NCBI GenBank assembly: GCA_950097015.1
Contig: CATNEN010000034.1
Span: 930,001 to 994,000 of the forward strand
Direction: 5' to 3'
From: Macrostomum hystrix
Lineage: Eukaryota > Animalia > Platyhelminthes
Length of the DNA stretch: 64,000 nt
The notes beneath the pieces were generated by a model that had not been told where the DNA came from, did no database searches, and saw only the letters and a list, made by a program, of their open reading frames with translations. The position numbers were made by a program, and so were the translations under genes. Positions 1-11,995 of this stretch are shown in pieces (positions within the stretch are counted from its first letter, which is position 1; every line of letters begins with the position of its first letter).

Positions 1-310
1 AGGCTAAATTACAGAGTTTGTAGTGCGGCACTAAAGCATTTTGTTCAGTTCAGTAATTATAACTGTTTGCCATTTCGCCGCTCTGACTAAGTGCGTTTTC
101 TTTATCCCTTTTTAATTATAAATTAGACCTGCAGATAGTTGTTCAGAAACGTATTTTGCAGATGGTACCTAAAATTGCTAGACAGTGGCTATCTACTCGT
201 AAATAGGTTATCCTAACAATAGCATAATCAGTTATCCCCATCAACAGCAGCGCGATTTCCAAAAAAGCAGCCACACTCCGCAACCATCTTAATAATATAG
301 GAATAATAGT

Positions 311-545
311 TGCTGACTCCTGAGCACACACGCACACAGATACTGTACTCAAGCATGCGCTCACACAGGGGTGTACATCTGCCCTGACTTTCTAATCGTC
401 AAGCAGTGTACACTTCACTGTGCCTTGGAGGTTGGCCCTCAAGGGCGTAAATTGCACGACAAGCCCCCAAAGCCTTCTCTCCGCGGCAGCGCCCCAAATG
501 AATGTGGCCTCGCCCTTGGAATCGAACTTAGGGACCCTGGTCCCT
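311..545 (-). mobile_element. tRNA-derived SINE family A, partial copy
   Basis: The reverse complement is nearly identical to the body of the copies at 37530-37900 and 57478-57764, including the B-box GTTCGATTCC. Its 5' head is replaced by the adjacent minisatellite. Confidence 0.85.
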
Positions 546-960
546 AATCTTGTGCCGCAGCAACACCACTCCGTACCAACCTCACGCCGCAGCAACCCCA
601 CTCCGTAACCAACCTCACGCCGCAGCAACCCCACTCTGAAGTGACCTCATGCCACGTACAACGACCCCACTCCGTAACCAACCTGACGCCACAGCAACCC
701 CACTCCGTAACCAACCTGACGCCGCAGCAACCCCACTCCGTAACCAACTCACGCCACAGCAACCCCACTCTTAAGTGAACTCATGCCACAACGACCCCAC
801 TCCGTAACCAACCTCACGCCGCAGTAACCCTACTCCGTAACCAACTCACGCCACAGCAACCCCACCCTTAAGTGAACTCATGCCACAACGACCCCACTCC
901 GTAACCAACCTCACGCCGTAGCAACCCCACTCCGTAACCACTTCACGCCGCAGCAACCCC
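546..960. repeat. Minisatellite, about 33-bp unit (ccgcagcaaccccactccgtaaccaacctcacg)
   Basis: Tandem copies are visible directly. They produce the spurious ORF 544..768. Confidence 0.9.
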
Positions 961-1027
961 ATCATGCAGTATATTCGAGCGTAATCACTTTTTTAAACCT
1001 ATTTAGTCTTCCTTTGTTGGGTTGATC

Positions 1028-3425
1028 ATGAAACACTTCGTTGGGAATATGTTAAAAGAATTTTGCACACGTACTACAAGTTATGAGTTTATTTTCCAGG
1101 CCTCCAGTACTAGTATAATTGCGCAATATTTTAATTTTACCGGCTTGTTTTCAAAGCAACTGACAACCGGCGTTCTTGAAGCGGAATACGCAGCTTGTGC
1201 GATGTTGACAAAGCGTCAAGCTCGATGGTTCGCCGCGCTTCGTATGCGCGCCATCAGCGAAACAGTCATCAAATCCGTTGGCACTGTCGAGCAAGTCAAC
1301 AAGTTGATTGACAGCTTACTACACAACTGTCAGCAGACAGCTGATCCGCTGCCAACCATTGGTTTTGTCGATTTAGTCAGTGCGGCTAATCGAGAGTTCG
1401 CCCATTCAACGGTTGATTTTGATGGATTAACGCAGCTAGCTGACTGGCGTCTCCGATGTCTGGAGGTCGCAGTCAACGAGTTGGACGGAGGCGCCGCTCA
1501 TCTGGAGGCTTTCGCCCTTGGCGAGTGCTTACTGGCACTGCGCGGCTGTGTCAGATGGCCTGAGTGCGCCGCCACTAGAATATCATTCGCTCAGATGGAC
1601 TTTCTGCTGCGGCTGTTTCGGTTTCTGCTTCGAGGTGTGCTTTTTCTAGGCTATACTTGAGTAGCCTCAAATCTCCAGTTGACCTCTTGAGAAATTAAGT
1701 TGACCTCGCCTAGATAGAGGGGTTAATTATAGCCGTCAGTTGACCTCCCCTATTGATGAATTTAATAGCCACCAATCGAGGTCAGTTGACCTCCCCTATA
1801 GATGAATTTAATAGCCACCAATCGAGGTCAGTTGACCTCCCCTATTGATGAACTTAATAGCCACCAATTGAGGTCAGTTGACTTCACGTATCGAATAATT
1901 TAATAGCCACCAATCGAGGTCAGTTGACCTCCCCTATAGATGAATTTAATAGCCACCAATCAAGGTCAGTTGACCTCCCCTATTGATGAACTTAATAGCC
2001 ACCAATTGAGGTCAGTTGACTTCACGTATCGAATAATTTAATAGCCACCAATTGAGGTCAGTTGACTTCGCGTATCGAATAATTTAATAGCTACCAATTG
2101 TGGTCAGTTGACCTCTCCTATTGATAATTTTAATAGTGATTATTCTAAATTTTTCTTCACATTTTCGCCGCAGAATCTGTGTCTGACAACGCAAAGCATC
2201 AGCTGGGGTCGGATGAATCAACTTCAGCATCAGTGTCAGCGTCTAGAAGTTTATTAGAGCTGGCCAGTGTGCAGTTGCTGAGCACCTGCGCCAAAAGTAA
2301 TTTCTCAATTGAGCACAGCGACTCGGCAATCCAATTGGCTACCTGCCTGCTAGACTTGATTGGCCACCGGCAGCAAATCCCGCCGTCAGGACCGCTGAGC
2401 GAAGTTGGCGTCTGTCAGCTTACGCGAAAGTATGCGTGTACTTTTATCAGCCTTCTCTCTTTGTCGCCGGCGACACCTGAAGCGACGAAGCTGCTCGATC
2501 AGTTTCTGGAACGCCTTCCGCCACCGACTCTTGTCCACCTGCTGTCGGCGAAAGACACGGACCTGCTGGCCTGCCTGTTGGGCCATCTGCGACTGGCCCA
2601 ACGCTGCAGCAGCCCCGACGCTACACGGTTGCTAAGGCGTTGCTATGCGGTGTTCTACGCCTTCTTGTCTAGCATTGGATTCGATCACGGCGTCCTGTGC
2701 GATTACGCTTTGGCGGAGGGCCGCGAAGGTGCGTTTTCCGTCGAATGTCAAAGTTCTCTCAATCTACATTTCCCCATCATGAATCACTAAATCCCCATCT
2801 TGAATCACTAAATCCCCATCATGAATCACTAAATCACCAGCCTGAATCTCCAAATTCTCATTCTAAATCTCTAAATCCCCATTCTGAATCTCCAAATTCT
2901 TATAAACAATCTCCTAATCCCCATTAAGACTATCCGAATTCACATTCTGAATCTCTCAATCCCCATCCTGAATCCCCATATCCCCATCCTGAGTTCTTAA
3001 AAACTCCGTCCTGAATATCCATTGTCTGCTTCCTGAGAGTCGTGATTTAAGTCTTCTCTCAAATTTTTATGTTCACACTGTTATAACAATTTTGTGTTCC
3101 CCACAAAATGGGTCAATCAGGTCGTGAGTTCGCGTCCTACCTCGGCGATCTGATCAAATCGGCGTGCGAAAATTTCTCTGTTTTTCAAGCCGGCCTCATC
3201 GACGCAGGCGTTCTTTTCATCGGTGACTTCGAGGCCAAGGAAACAGAAAGCGATCCGGTGGACTCCACAATGTCCACTCTCATCAGGACCAGAAGCGCTT
3301 TGAAGTCAGCCGTCAGCAAATCCGCTTTGCCGGATAGCTGTCCATTAAACAATGAGATTTTGTCACAGCTAAAACAACTGGAACAGCTGTACGATGGTGT
3401 TGTCAGCAGCGATGCGAGTGAATAA
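1028..3425 (+). CDS. LINS1: Lines/LINS1-like protein (3 coding exons, start uncertain)
   Basis: Exons ~1028(or later)..1634, 2174..2728 and 3121..3425 join via phase-1 GT-AG introns. Motifs LSAKDTDLLACLL, FLSSIGFDHGVLCDY..REFASYL and C-terminal MSTLIRTRSALKSAVSK..P..L..LEQLY resemble, from memory, the Lines_N and Lines_C domains. Start could be ATG 1028, ATG 1202 or an upstream exon. Confidence 0.6.
1735..2135. repeat. Intronic minisatellite, 46-bp unit containing the palindrome GAGGTCA-GT-TGACCTC
   Basis: About 9 units at 46-bp spacing (1735, 1781, 1827...), filling most of intron 1 of the Lines-like gene. Confidence 0.92.
2775..3010. repeat. Degenerate ~21-bp tandem repeat (tgaatcactaaatccccatca) in intron 2 of the Lines-like gene
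   Basis: Repeated tgaatc..aaatcccca motif. Confidence 0.7.
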
Positions 3426-3469
3426 TTGATTTATTTATCATATCTAAAAAATAATTTTTTTACTCAGCT

Positions 3470-5505
3470 TTTCTCAACCTCAGCCACCCCACTCCCCAGT
3501 CACCTCAATCTACAGCCACCCCACTTCCCAGTCTCCTTAATCTGCAGCCACCCCACTCCCCAGTCACCTCAATCTACAGCCACCCCACTCCCCAGTCACC
3601 TCAATCTGCAGCCACCCCACTCCCCAGTCACCTCAATATGCAGCCACACCACTCCCCAGTCACCTCAATCTGCAGCCACCCCACTCCCCAGTCTCCTTAA
3701 TCTACAGCCACCCCACTCCCCAGTCTCTTTAATCTGCAGCCACACCACTGCCCAGTCACCTTAATCTGCAGCCACCAAACTCCACAGCCTTCTCAATCTT
3801 CCCAGTCACCTTAAATGCAGCCACCAAACTCCACAGCCTTCGCAGCCACCCCACTCCCCAGTCTCCTTAATCTGCAGCCACCCCACTCCCCAGTCACCTC
3901 AATCTGCAGCCACACCACTCCCCAGTCACCTCAATATGCAGCAACCCCACTCCCCAGTCACCTCAATCTGCAGCCACCCCACTCCCCAGTCACCTCAATC
4001 TACAGCCACCCCACTTCCCAGTCTCCTTAATCTGCAGCCACCCCACTCCCCAGTCACCTCAATCTACAGCCACCCCACTCCCTAGTCTCCTTAATCTGCA
4101 GCCACCCCACTCCCCAGTCTCCTTAATCTACAGCCACCCCACTCCCCAGTCTCTTTAATCTGCAGCCACACCACTGCCCAATCACCTTAATCTGCAGCCA
4201 CCAAACTCCACAGCCTTCTCAATCTTCCCAGTCACCTTAAATGCAGCCACCAAACTCCACAGCCTTCGCAGCCACCCCACTCCCCAGTCTCCTTAATCTG
4301 CAGCCACCCCACTCCCCAGTCACCTTAATCTGCAGCCACACCACTCCCCAGTCACCTCAATATGCAGCAACCCCACTCCCCAGTCACCTCAATCTGCAGC
4401 CACCCCACTCCCCAGTTACCTCAATCTACAGCCACCCCACTTCCCAGTCTCCTTAATCTGCAGCCACCCCACTCCCCAGTCACCTCAATCTACAGCCACC
4501 CCACTCCCCAGTCTCCTTAATCTGCAGCCACCCCACTCCCCAGTCTCCTTAATCTACAGCCACCCCACTCCCCAGTCTCTTTAATCTGCAGCCACACCAC
4601 TGCCCAGTCTCTTTAATCTGCAGCCACACCACTGCCCAGTCACCTTAATCTGCAGCCACCAAACTCCACAGCCTTCTCAATCTTCCCAGTCACCTTAAAT
4701 GCAGCCACCAAACTCCACAGCCTTCTCAGCCACCCCACTCCCCAGTCTCCTTAATCTGCAGCCACCCCACTCCCCAGTCACCTCAATCTGCAGCCACACC
4801 ACTCCCCAGTCACCTCAATCTGCAGCCACACCACTCCCCAGTCACCTCAATCTGCAGCCACCCCACTCCCCAGTCACCTCAATCTACAGCCACCGCACTC
4901 TCCAGTCTACTTAATCTGCAGCCACCCCACTCCCCAGTCACCTCAATCTGCAGCCACACCACTCCTCAGTCACCTCAATCGGCAGCAACCTCACTCCCCA
5001 GTCACCTCAATCTGCAGCAACCCCACTCCACAGTCTCCTCAACCTCAGCCACCCCACTTCCCAGTCTCCTTAATCTGCAGCCACCCCACTCCCCAGTCAC
5101 CTCAATATGCAGCAACCCCACTCCCCAGTCACCTCAATCTACAGCCACCCCACTTTCCAGTCACCTTAATCTACAGCCACCCCACTCCCCAGTCACCTCA
5201 ATCTACAGCCACCGCACTCTCCAGTCTACTTAATCTGCAGCCACCCCACTCCCCAGTCACCTCAATCTGCAGCCACCCCACTCCCCAGTCTCCTTAATCT
5301 ACAGCCACCCCACTTCCCAGTCACCTCAATCTACAGCCACCGCACTCTCCAGTCTACTTAATCTGCAGCCACCCCACTCCCCAGTCACCTCAATATGCAG
5401 CAACCCCACTCCCCAGTCACATCAATCTACAGCCACCCCACTTCCCAGTCACCTCAATCTACAGCCACCGCACTCCCCAGTCACCTTAATCTACAGCCAC
5501 CCCAT
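3470..5505. repeat. Large C-rich minisatellite (ctcaatctgcagccaccccactccccagtcac variants)
   Basis: About 2 kb of tandem variants with higher-order blocks. It gives the repetitive ORFs at 3426-5592. Confidence 0.95.
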
Positions 5506-6029
5506 ACACTAAATTTTCCATCGTTATTTGTCTATTTCCACTTGCTCAATCCGCCAGTTCAAGTTTATCCTGTACTTTTTGTGCATTTATAAAGTCTCCA
5601 TTTTTTTACTTTTTGTGCATACACACGGAGTGCGCCTAAATAGACTTGAGTTGTCCAAAACTTTGTCCTAAAACTGTTTTATAGTTTTTTATTTTAATTT
5701 AGAATTTTTTGTTTTACTGCGATATATAAATTAATAATCCAGGTGTGTATTTCTTATCTACCGGGGGGTGCAGCGCTAGTCTATCGTTAATATTGTTTTT
5801 TACGGGGTAGAGACTGGTGGGTCGAACACGCGCTAACCTCCTGCTCTGCCCTTGGCCCTTGTACTCTTAGTCCAATATTCTGCTTAGAAATGAGAAATAG
5901 TCAGAAAAATTTCTGAGGACAGTCTGAAGTGGACAGGTCTGGAATTCTAAATTTTTGTAGGTGAGTGGTTTTATTTCATATTAGCTTTTTTGTATAACTT
6001 ATTTAGTACAGTAAGAGCCGAGAAATCAG

Positions 6030-7365
6030 ACAGGATAGAGATGAGACACTGAAGAGATAGGAAATGGTAGGGATGAGACACTGAAGAGATAGGAAATGGT
6101 AGAGATGAGACACTGAAGAGATAGGAAAGGGTAGGGATGAGACACTGAAGAGATAGGAAAGGGTAGGGATGAGACACTGAAGAGATAGGAAATGGTAGAG
6201 ATGAGGCACTGAAGAGATAGGAAATGGTAGGGATGAGACACTGAAGAGATAGGAAATGGTAGGGATGAGACACTGAAGAGATAGGAAATGGTAGGGATGA
6301 GACACTGAAGAGATAGGAAATGGTAGAGATGAGACACTGAAGAGATAGGAAAGGGTAGGGATGAGACACTGAAGAGATAGGAAAGGGTAGGGATGAGACA
6401 CTGAAGAGATAGGAAATGGTAGAGATGAGGCACTGAAGAGATAGGAAATGGTAGAGATGAGGCACTAAAGAGGAAGGAAATGGTAGAGATGAGGCACTGA
6501 AGAGATAGGAAATAGAAGAGATGAGGCACTGAAGAAAAAGGAAATGGTAGAGATGAGGCACTGAAGAGATAGGAAATGGTAGAGATGAGGCACTGAAGAG
6601 ATAGGAAATAGAAGAGATGAGGCACTGAAGAAAAAGGAAATGGTAGAGATGAGGCACTGAAGAGATAGGAAATAGAAGAGATGAGGCACTGAAGAAAAAG
6701 GAAATGGTAGAGATGAGGCACTGAAGAGATAGGAAATAGAAGAGATGAGGCACTGAAGAGATAGGAAATAGAAGAGATGAGGCACTGAAGAGAAAGGAAA
6801 TGGTAGAGATGAGGCACTGAAGAGATAGGAAATGGTAGGGATGAGGCACTGAAGAGAAAGGAAATGGTAGAGATGAGGCACTGAAGAGATAGGAAATAGA
6901 AGAGATGAGGCACTGAAGAGAAAGGAAATGGTAGAGATGAGGCACTGAAGAGATAGGAAATGGTAGAGATGAGGCACTGAAGAGATAGGAAATAGAAGAG
7001 ATGAGGCACTGAAGAGAAAGGAAATGGTAGAGATGAGGCACTGAAGAGAAAGGAAATGGTAGGGATGAGGCACTGAAGAGAAAGGAAATGGTAGAGATGA
7101 GGCACTGAAGAGATAGGAAATAGAAGAGATGAGGCACTGAAGAGAAAGGAAATGGTAGAGATGAGGCACTGAAGAGAAAGGAAATGGTAGAGATGAGGCA
7201 CTGAAGAGATAGGGAATAGAAGAGATGAGGCACTGAAGAGATAGGAAATGGTAGAGATGAGACACTGAAGAGATAGGAAAAGGTAAAGATGAGACACTGA
7301 AGAGATAGGAAAGGGTAGGGATGAGACACTGAAGAGATAGGAAAAGGTAAAGATGAGACACTGAT
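6030..7365. repeat. Purine-rich minisatellite, 32-bp unit (atgagacactgaagagataggaaatggtaggg)
   Basis: Period is 32 (6041, 6073...). The minus strand stays open in several frames, so ORF 5971..7542 and its neighbours are artefacts. Confidence 0.95.
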
Positions 7366-7980
7366 GGGACAGGGGGAGAATGAGACCCGGGAGAGAGATA
7401 GGACTGGGTAAAATAGGGAATGGCGGGATTTATGACCATGCCTTATGTAAGGATTCAAGAGTACTTTTAATTTCAACCGCGAATTTACCCCCCTGACGTG
7501 AGTAAGTGAATTTTCACTCGTGTTGTTCAATAAGAGAAGCAAGCGAGTGCATAAGCTTGGCTACCTGGCCCCACCAACCTCTGCGTGATATCAGTTTACA
7601 AAATCCTGGCTACACCGGTTGAACTAAGGCGCACATGAAGCCACTCGCAGCGGTGGAGCAGTTTTTTTATAGCTCTAGTTGGACGCAGAGATAGTGGCGC
7701 CATATAGAAATTACTCATAGCATTGGCGCGTGAGCTCAACACTGCTCTCTTCTCCCACCCCCCCCCACTGCAGCGCCCTTATAACCCAGAAACTAACGCC
7801 GCCCCACTAACCGCAATTTCAGACCGCTCAGCTGGGTAAATTCACGCACTCTGCTATAAATAAAATTAGCCTAACAATATAAAATAGAAGGACAAGAAAC
7901 TCATAAAGTGTGTCATTGTTAATTAAAGGCCTACTAATAACCGGAACACGGAAATCTAAAATAGAAAACGACAATTCGTC

Positions 7981-9381
7981 ATGTGTCAAGGCCGTCAAAC
8001 CTGTCGGCGTCTGACTAGCTCAGACTTGGACGCCGCCAAGCGCCGGCCGGGTAACTGCGTCCTCATCATCGACGGCCGGGCCTACGATGTGGCCAATTTC
8101 ATGCTGCGACATCCTGGCGGGGCCCTGGCCCTGGAGAACTGTCGCGGCCAGGACGCAAGCGTCCAGTTCAGCATGTACCATCCGGACTTTGTTAGAAAAT
8201 TCTTGCCAGCCTATTGCATTGGCCGTCTAGACGAAGATAAATGCATTGAGAATGTTGCAATTAACGGCGACGTCAAGCAGCAGCAGCAGCAGCAGAGTGA
8301 AATTGTTCGTGATTATTTTGCCCTACGCGAACGCTTCCACCGGCTGGGCCTATTCAACAGCAACCCGGCCTGGGAGCTGCGCCTGGTGCTGCGTATTCTC
8401 TGCCTGCTGGCTGCATCCGTGGCCTGCGTCCTCTGCGCCCCCACCGACGCCTGGCCAATCCGGGTCGTCCTGGCCGGCATCCTGATGGGCATCTACTGGC
8501 AACAGCTGGCCTTTGTTGGCCACGACCTCGGCCACACGGCCGTCACCCACTGCCGCCTCACCGACCACCGCGTGGCCGCCTTCCTCGGCAATGCCCTGCT
8601 CGGCATCAGCATCGGCTGGTGGAAGCTGAATCACAACACCCACCATCTGGTGACTAACTCTGTGGTTGACGATCCGGACATTCAGCACATGCCGCTGCTT
8701 GCCGTCAGTGACGAATTCTTCGACTGTCCGATCTCCACCTTCTACGATGGGAAGCGCAAGCCGTTCTTCCGTCTGGCTATGCGGATCCAGCACCTGCTGT
8801 TCTACCCCGTGATGTGCGTGGCCAGATTCTACCTGTACGTGCGCGGAGTCGAACACCTCATTGTGATGAACCAGCCCCGTGAGCGGCGCCTGTTCCAGGT
8901 AGCCGAGCTAATCTCGCTGTTCACCTTCTTTGCCTGGTTCCTGATCCTGGCCTGCCAGCTGCCCAGCTGGCCGCAGACCCTGGCCTTCATCCTGCTCTGC
9001 CACGCTGTCTCCGGTGTTCTGCACGTCCAGATCTGCATCTCGCACTTTCCAATGTCCGTCTGCGACTACAAAACCGGATTGGGCACCGCCGACTCGGACG
9101 ACGGCGGGCATTTCATTCGCTCTCAGGTTGCCTCAACTATGGACGTGTCCTGCCCCACCTGGATGGACTGGTTCCACGGCGGACTGCAGTTCCAGCTGGA
9201 GCACCACCTGTTTCCCCGGCTGCCAAGGCATCACCTGAGAGCCGCTGTGCCGCATGTTAAAGAGTTCTGCGACAAGCACGGCTTGAAATATGTTAGCCTG
9301 AGCTTCCTGCAGGCTAACAAGGCTCTGTATTGCCGACTGCGCGATGTGGCGGCTAAAGCTGCCGATTGGAGGCCTGAGTAG
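7981..9381 (+). CDS. Intronless cytochrome-b5-fusion front-end desaturase, sphingolipid delta-8 desaturase-like (466 aa)
   Basis: Cytochrome b5 HPGG motif, three His boxes (HDLGH, HNTHH, QLEHH) and hydrophobic transmembrane stretches, all in a single uninterrupted ORF from ATG to TAG. Confidence 0.95.
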   Translation: MCQGRQTCRRLTSSDLDAAKRRPGNCVLIIDGRAYDVANFMLRHPGGALALENCRGQDASVQFSMYHPDFVRKFLPAYCIGRLDEDKCIENVAINGDVKQQQQQQSEIVRDYFALRERFHRLGLFNSNPAWELRLVLRILCLLAASVACVLCAPTDAWPIRVVLAGILMGIYWQQLAFVGHDLGHTAVTHCRLTDHRVAAFLGNALLGISIGWWKLNHNTHHLVTNSVVDDPDIQHMPLLAVSDEFFDCPISTFYDGKRKPFFRLAMRIQHLLFYPVMCVARFYLYVRGVEHLIVMNQPRERRLFQVAELISLFTFFAWFLILACQLPSWPQTLAFILLCHAVSGVLHVQICISHFPMSVCDYKTGLGTADSDDGGHFIRSQVASTMDVSCPTWMDWFHGGLQFQLEHHLFPRLPRHHLRAAVPHVKEFCDKHGLKYVSLSFLQANKALYCRLRDVAAKAADWRPE

Positions 9382-10434
9382 ATAGAGATTGTCAGCTTAC
9401 AGTGGCGGAGCCGTTGTGCTAGGATTAGGTTTCTAGCAAAAAAATTGACAAGCAACCAATGCAGACTACTGTTAGTAGGCTAATATACTCAAACATGCAT
9501 AAGTTATCCACTCTACTGTGTTGTAGTGTTCGCAATTGCTAGACGGCTAGACTATTACTACTTTATAGTAGTAAAATTCATATTTTATTTTATTTTTAAC
9601 TAATAAAAAGTATGCTACTAATCTGTAGTTTCGTGTCTTTTAATATTTATCTCTTGTATTTCTTTTGTTTTTACTCTTTTATGTACCTCTTGTAGAATAG
9701 TGAATTTAAAGCGAAAGAAAGAGGAGGAGAGGAAATGGCACGAGAAATAGGGATTTTAAGTCAATCGCGTGTCTGACGCGTGTTTTTTCACGCTCAGCTT
9801 TGCGTTCATTTTACAAATAATAAGTTAACAAGAGTGTCGCCAACCTACTACTTGATGTCGTCAGTAGACAGAAAAGCGCTAGTTAGATTTTTTCTCATTT
9901 AGTCTGCTAATTTTATTCCGCATTATGCTGTCGTAAAATTTCTTTCACGACGAAACTTTCCTAACCGAAAGTTGGTTAGCGCGGTTACGCTTTTTTGTAA
10001 CTGCGATTTGTTTGTGTTGTCAACGGGACTTTGTGCAATATCTAATGTGCTGATCGCAATTTCAATATAATACTTATTTGTTTTTGGTGTACTTTGTTTC
10101 AGGTTTTAAATGCAACTAATTTCTTAGTTGTATTGCACTGTCGTTTTGTTTTATTTAATTGCTAATAAATTAGTTTCTTAGTTTCTAGTTTTTTCTGCGA
10201 ATCTTCTGCGAAGCTTACAGGATGTCAACCATAACATACCATATATACCTTTACCGTATATAATGGTAGGCTTCAGGCCATGCTATGACATCACTGGCAT
10301 GCTATTTCTACAATATTTTTTTCATTATTAATTACTTAATTAGCATGTATGTTTAGTCTTCTCTACTTTACTATATTTTGCCAGTTTTTTTCCATATCTA
10401 TTAATTCTATGCGAGGTTGAATACATATTTGAAA

Positions 10435-10750
10435 ATCAGGTTGCAGCCACCTCACTCCGCAACAACCCATCCAGTATGCAGCCACCCCACTCCGCAACAA
10501 CGCCTCCAGTCTACAGCCACCCCACTCCGCAACAACGCCTCCAGTCTACAGCCACCACACTCCGCAACAACCCCTCCAGTCTACAGCCACCCCACTCCGC
10601 AACAACCCCTCCAGTCTACAGCCACCCCACTCCGCAACAACCTCTTCAGTCTACAGCCATCCCACTCCGCAGCAAACTCTCCAGTATGCAGCCACCCCAC
10701 TCCGCAATAGCCCCTATAACCTGCAGCCACCTCACTCCGCAACAACCTCC
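10435..10750. repeat. Minisatellite, 35-bp unit (cagccaccccactccgcaacaacgcctccagtcta)
   Basis: Period is 35 (10481, 10516...). Confidence 0.9.
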
Positions 10751-11499
10751 ATGCCGCGAGCCGCCTCGCCTGTTTATTCAATTAGTCTGTACTCCTGATT
10801 AAATGCACTTGCCGCAATATCTACAAATGATTTGTTCAGCACTCCTTGATAGTTATGCTTTGCCTTTCTATTCTATATAAGTCTTTGCTGATCTGAATCA
10901 GTATACATATATACAATCGCCTAGATTTTTTGTCTATTTATTTTATTTTGCAATTCTTTAGCTCATATTTTGTTTTCCTATTTTTTCTCCCCACCTCCGT
11001 AGTGTCCCAGCCCGCGAATTGGCAATGGTCCTGCTGCTTTTGCTGCATGCACCGCAATGCATAGCTGATTATAGCTGTTGTTCACTATACTTTAGCTTTT
11101 TGTGTTAGGCTGCTGTAGTCTTCACTTTACAAAGTACTTTTTATTTTTATTTGCTTTTGCTAAATCTTCTTGTTTCGTTCAGCGTTAGACACCACCTTGA
11201 CTGTAACAGTGTTCAACACATTGTATCTCTAGAAAATTATTCTATGCGAGAATGTCTTTAAACATTCACGTGACCGCCGTCTTCTATAAAATACTCATTC
11301 TGATAGGAGTTTATACCCCAGCCTTATAGCTGTTCTTTGCCAGTTTTTTTCTCTTTTTTGTTTGTTTGCTTGCTTGCTAATCGTATTTTCAGCCGGCCTC
11401 TTTATGTCTCATTGTACCCCCAAGTCAGTGGGTCAGTAAGCGCATGTGAATCGTTCTTATATTCTAGTAGTCTAGATTTGAGAATCGATTCATCGATTC

Positions 11500-11995
11500 C
11501 CTACTTGTTCCTAATTCTCCGATACCCAGTTATCGATTCTCCGATACCCACTTCCTTATTAGTCGACTCCCACATCACGATTCTTCGATACCCAGTTCCC
11601 GATTCTCCGATACCCAGTTCCCGATTCTCCGATACCCAGTTCACGATTCTTCGATACCCAGTTCCCGATTCTCCGATACCCAGTTCACGATTCTTCGATA
11701 CCCAGTTCCCGATTCTCCGATACCCAGTTCACGATTCTTCGATACCCACTTCCCGATTCTTCGATACCCAGTTCCCGATTCTCCGATACCCACTTCCCGA
11801 TTCTCCGATACCCAGTTCCCGATTCTCCGATACCCAGTTCACGATTCTTCGATACCCAGTTCCGGATTATTCGATACCCAGTTCACGATTCTTCGATACC
11901 CAGTTCCCGATTCTCCGATACCCAGTTCCCGATTCTCCGATACCCAGTTCACGATTCTTCGATACCCAGTTCCCGATTCTCTGATACCCAGTTAC
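11500..11995. repeat. Minisatellite, 22-bp unit (gatacccagttcccgattctcc)
   Basis: Period is 22. It explains the tail of ORF 11337..11984. Confidence 0.92.

Noticed and set aside
5971-7542. 523-aa and overlapping hydrophobic ORFs
   Set aside because: They are translations of a 32-bp minisatellite, open in several frames.
7690-7710. CTCF-like TGGCGCCATATAG upstream of the desaturase
   Set aside because: A partial single match that cannot be distinguished from chance.
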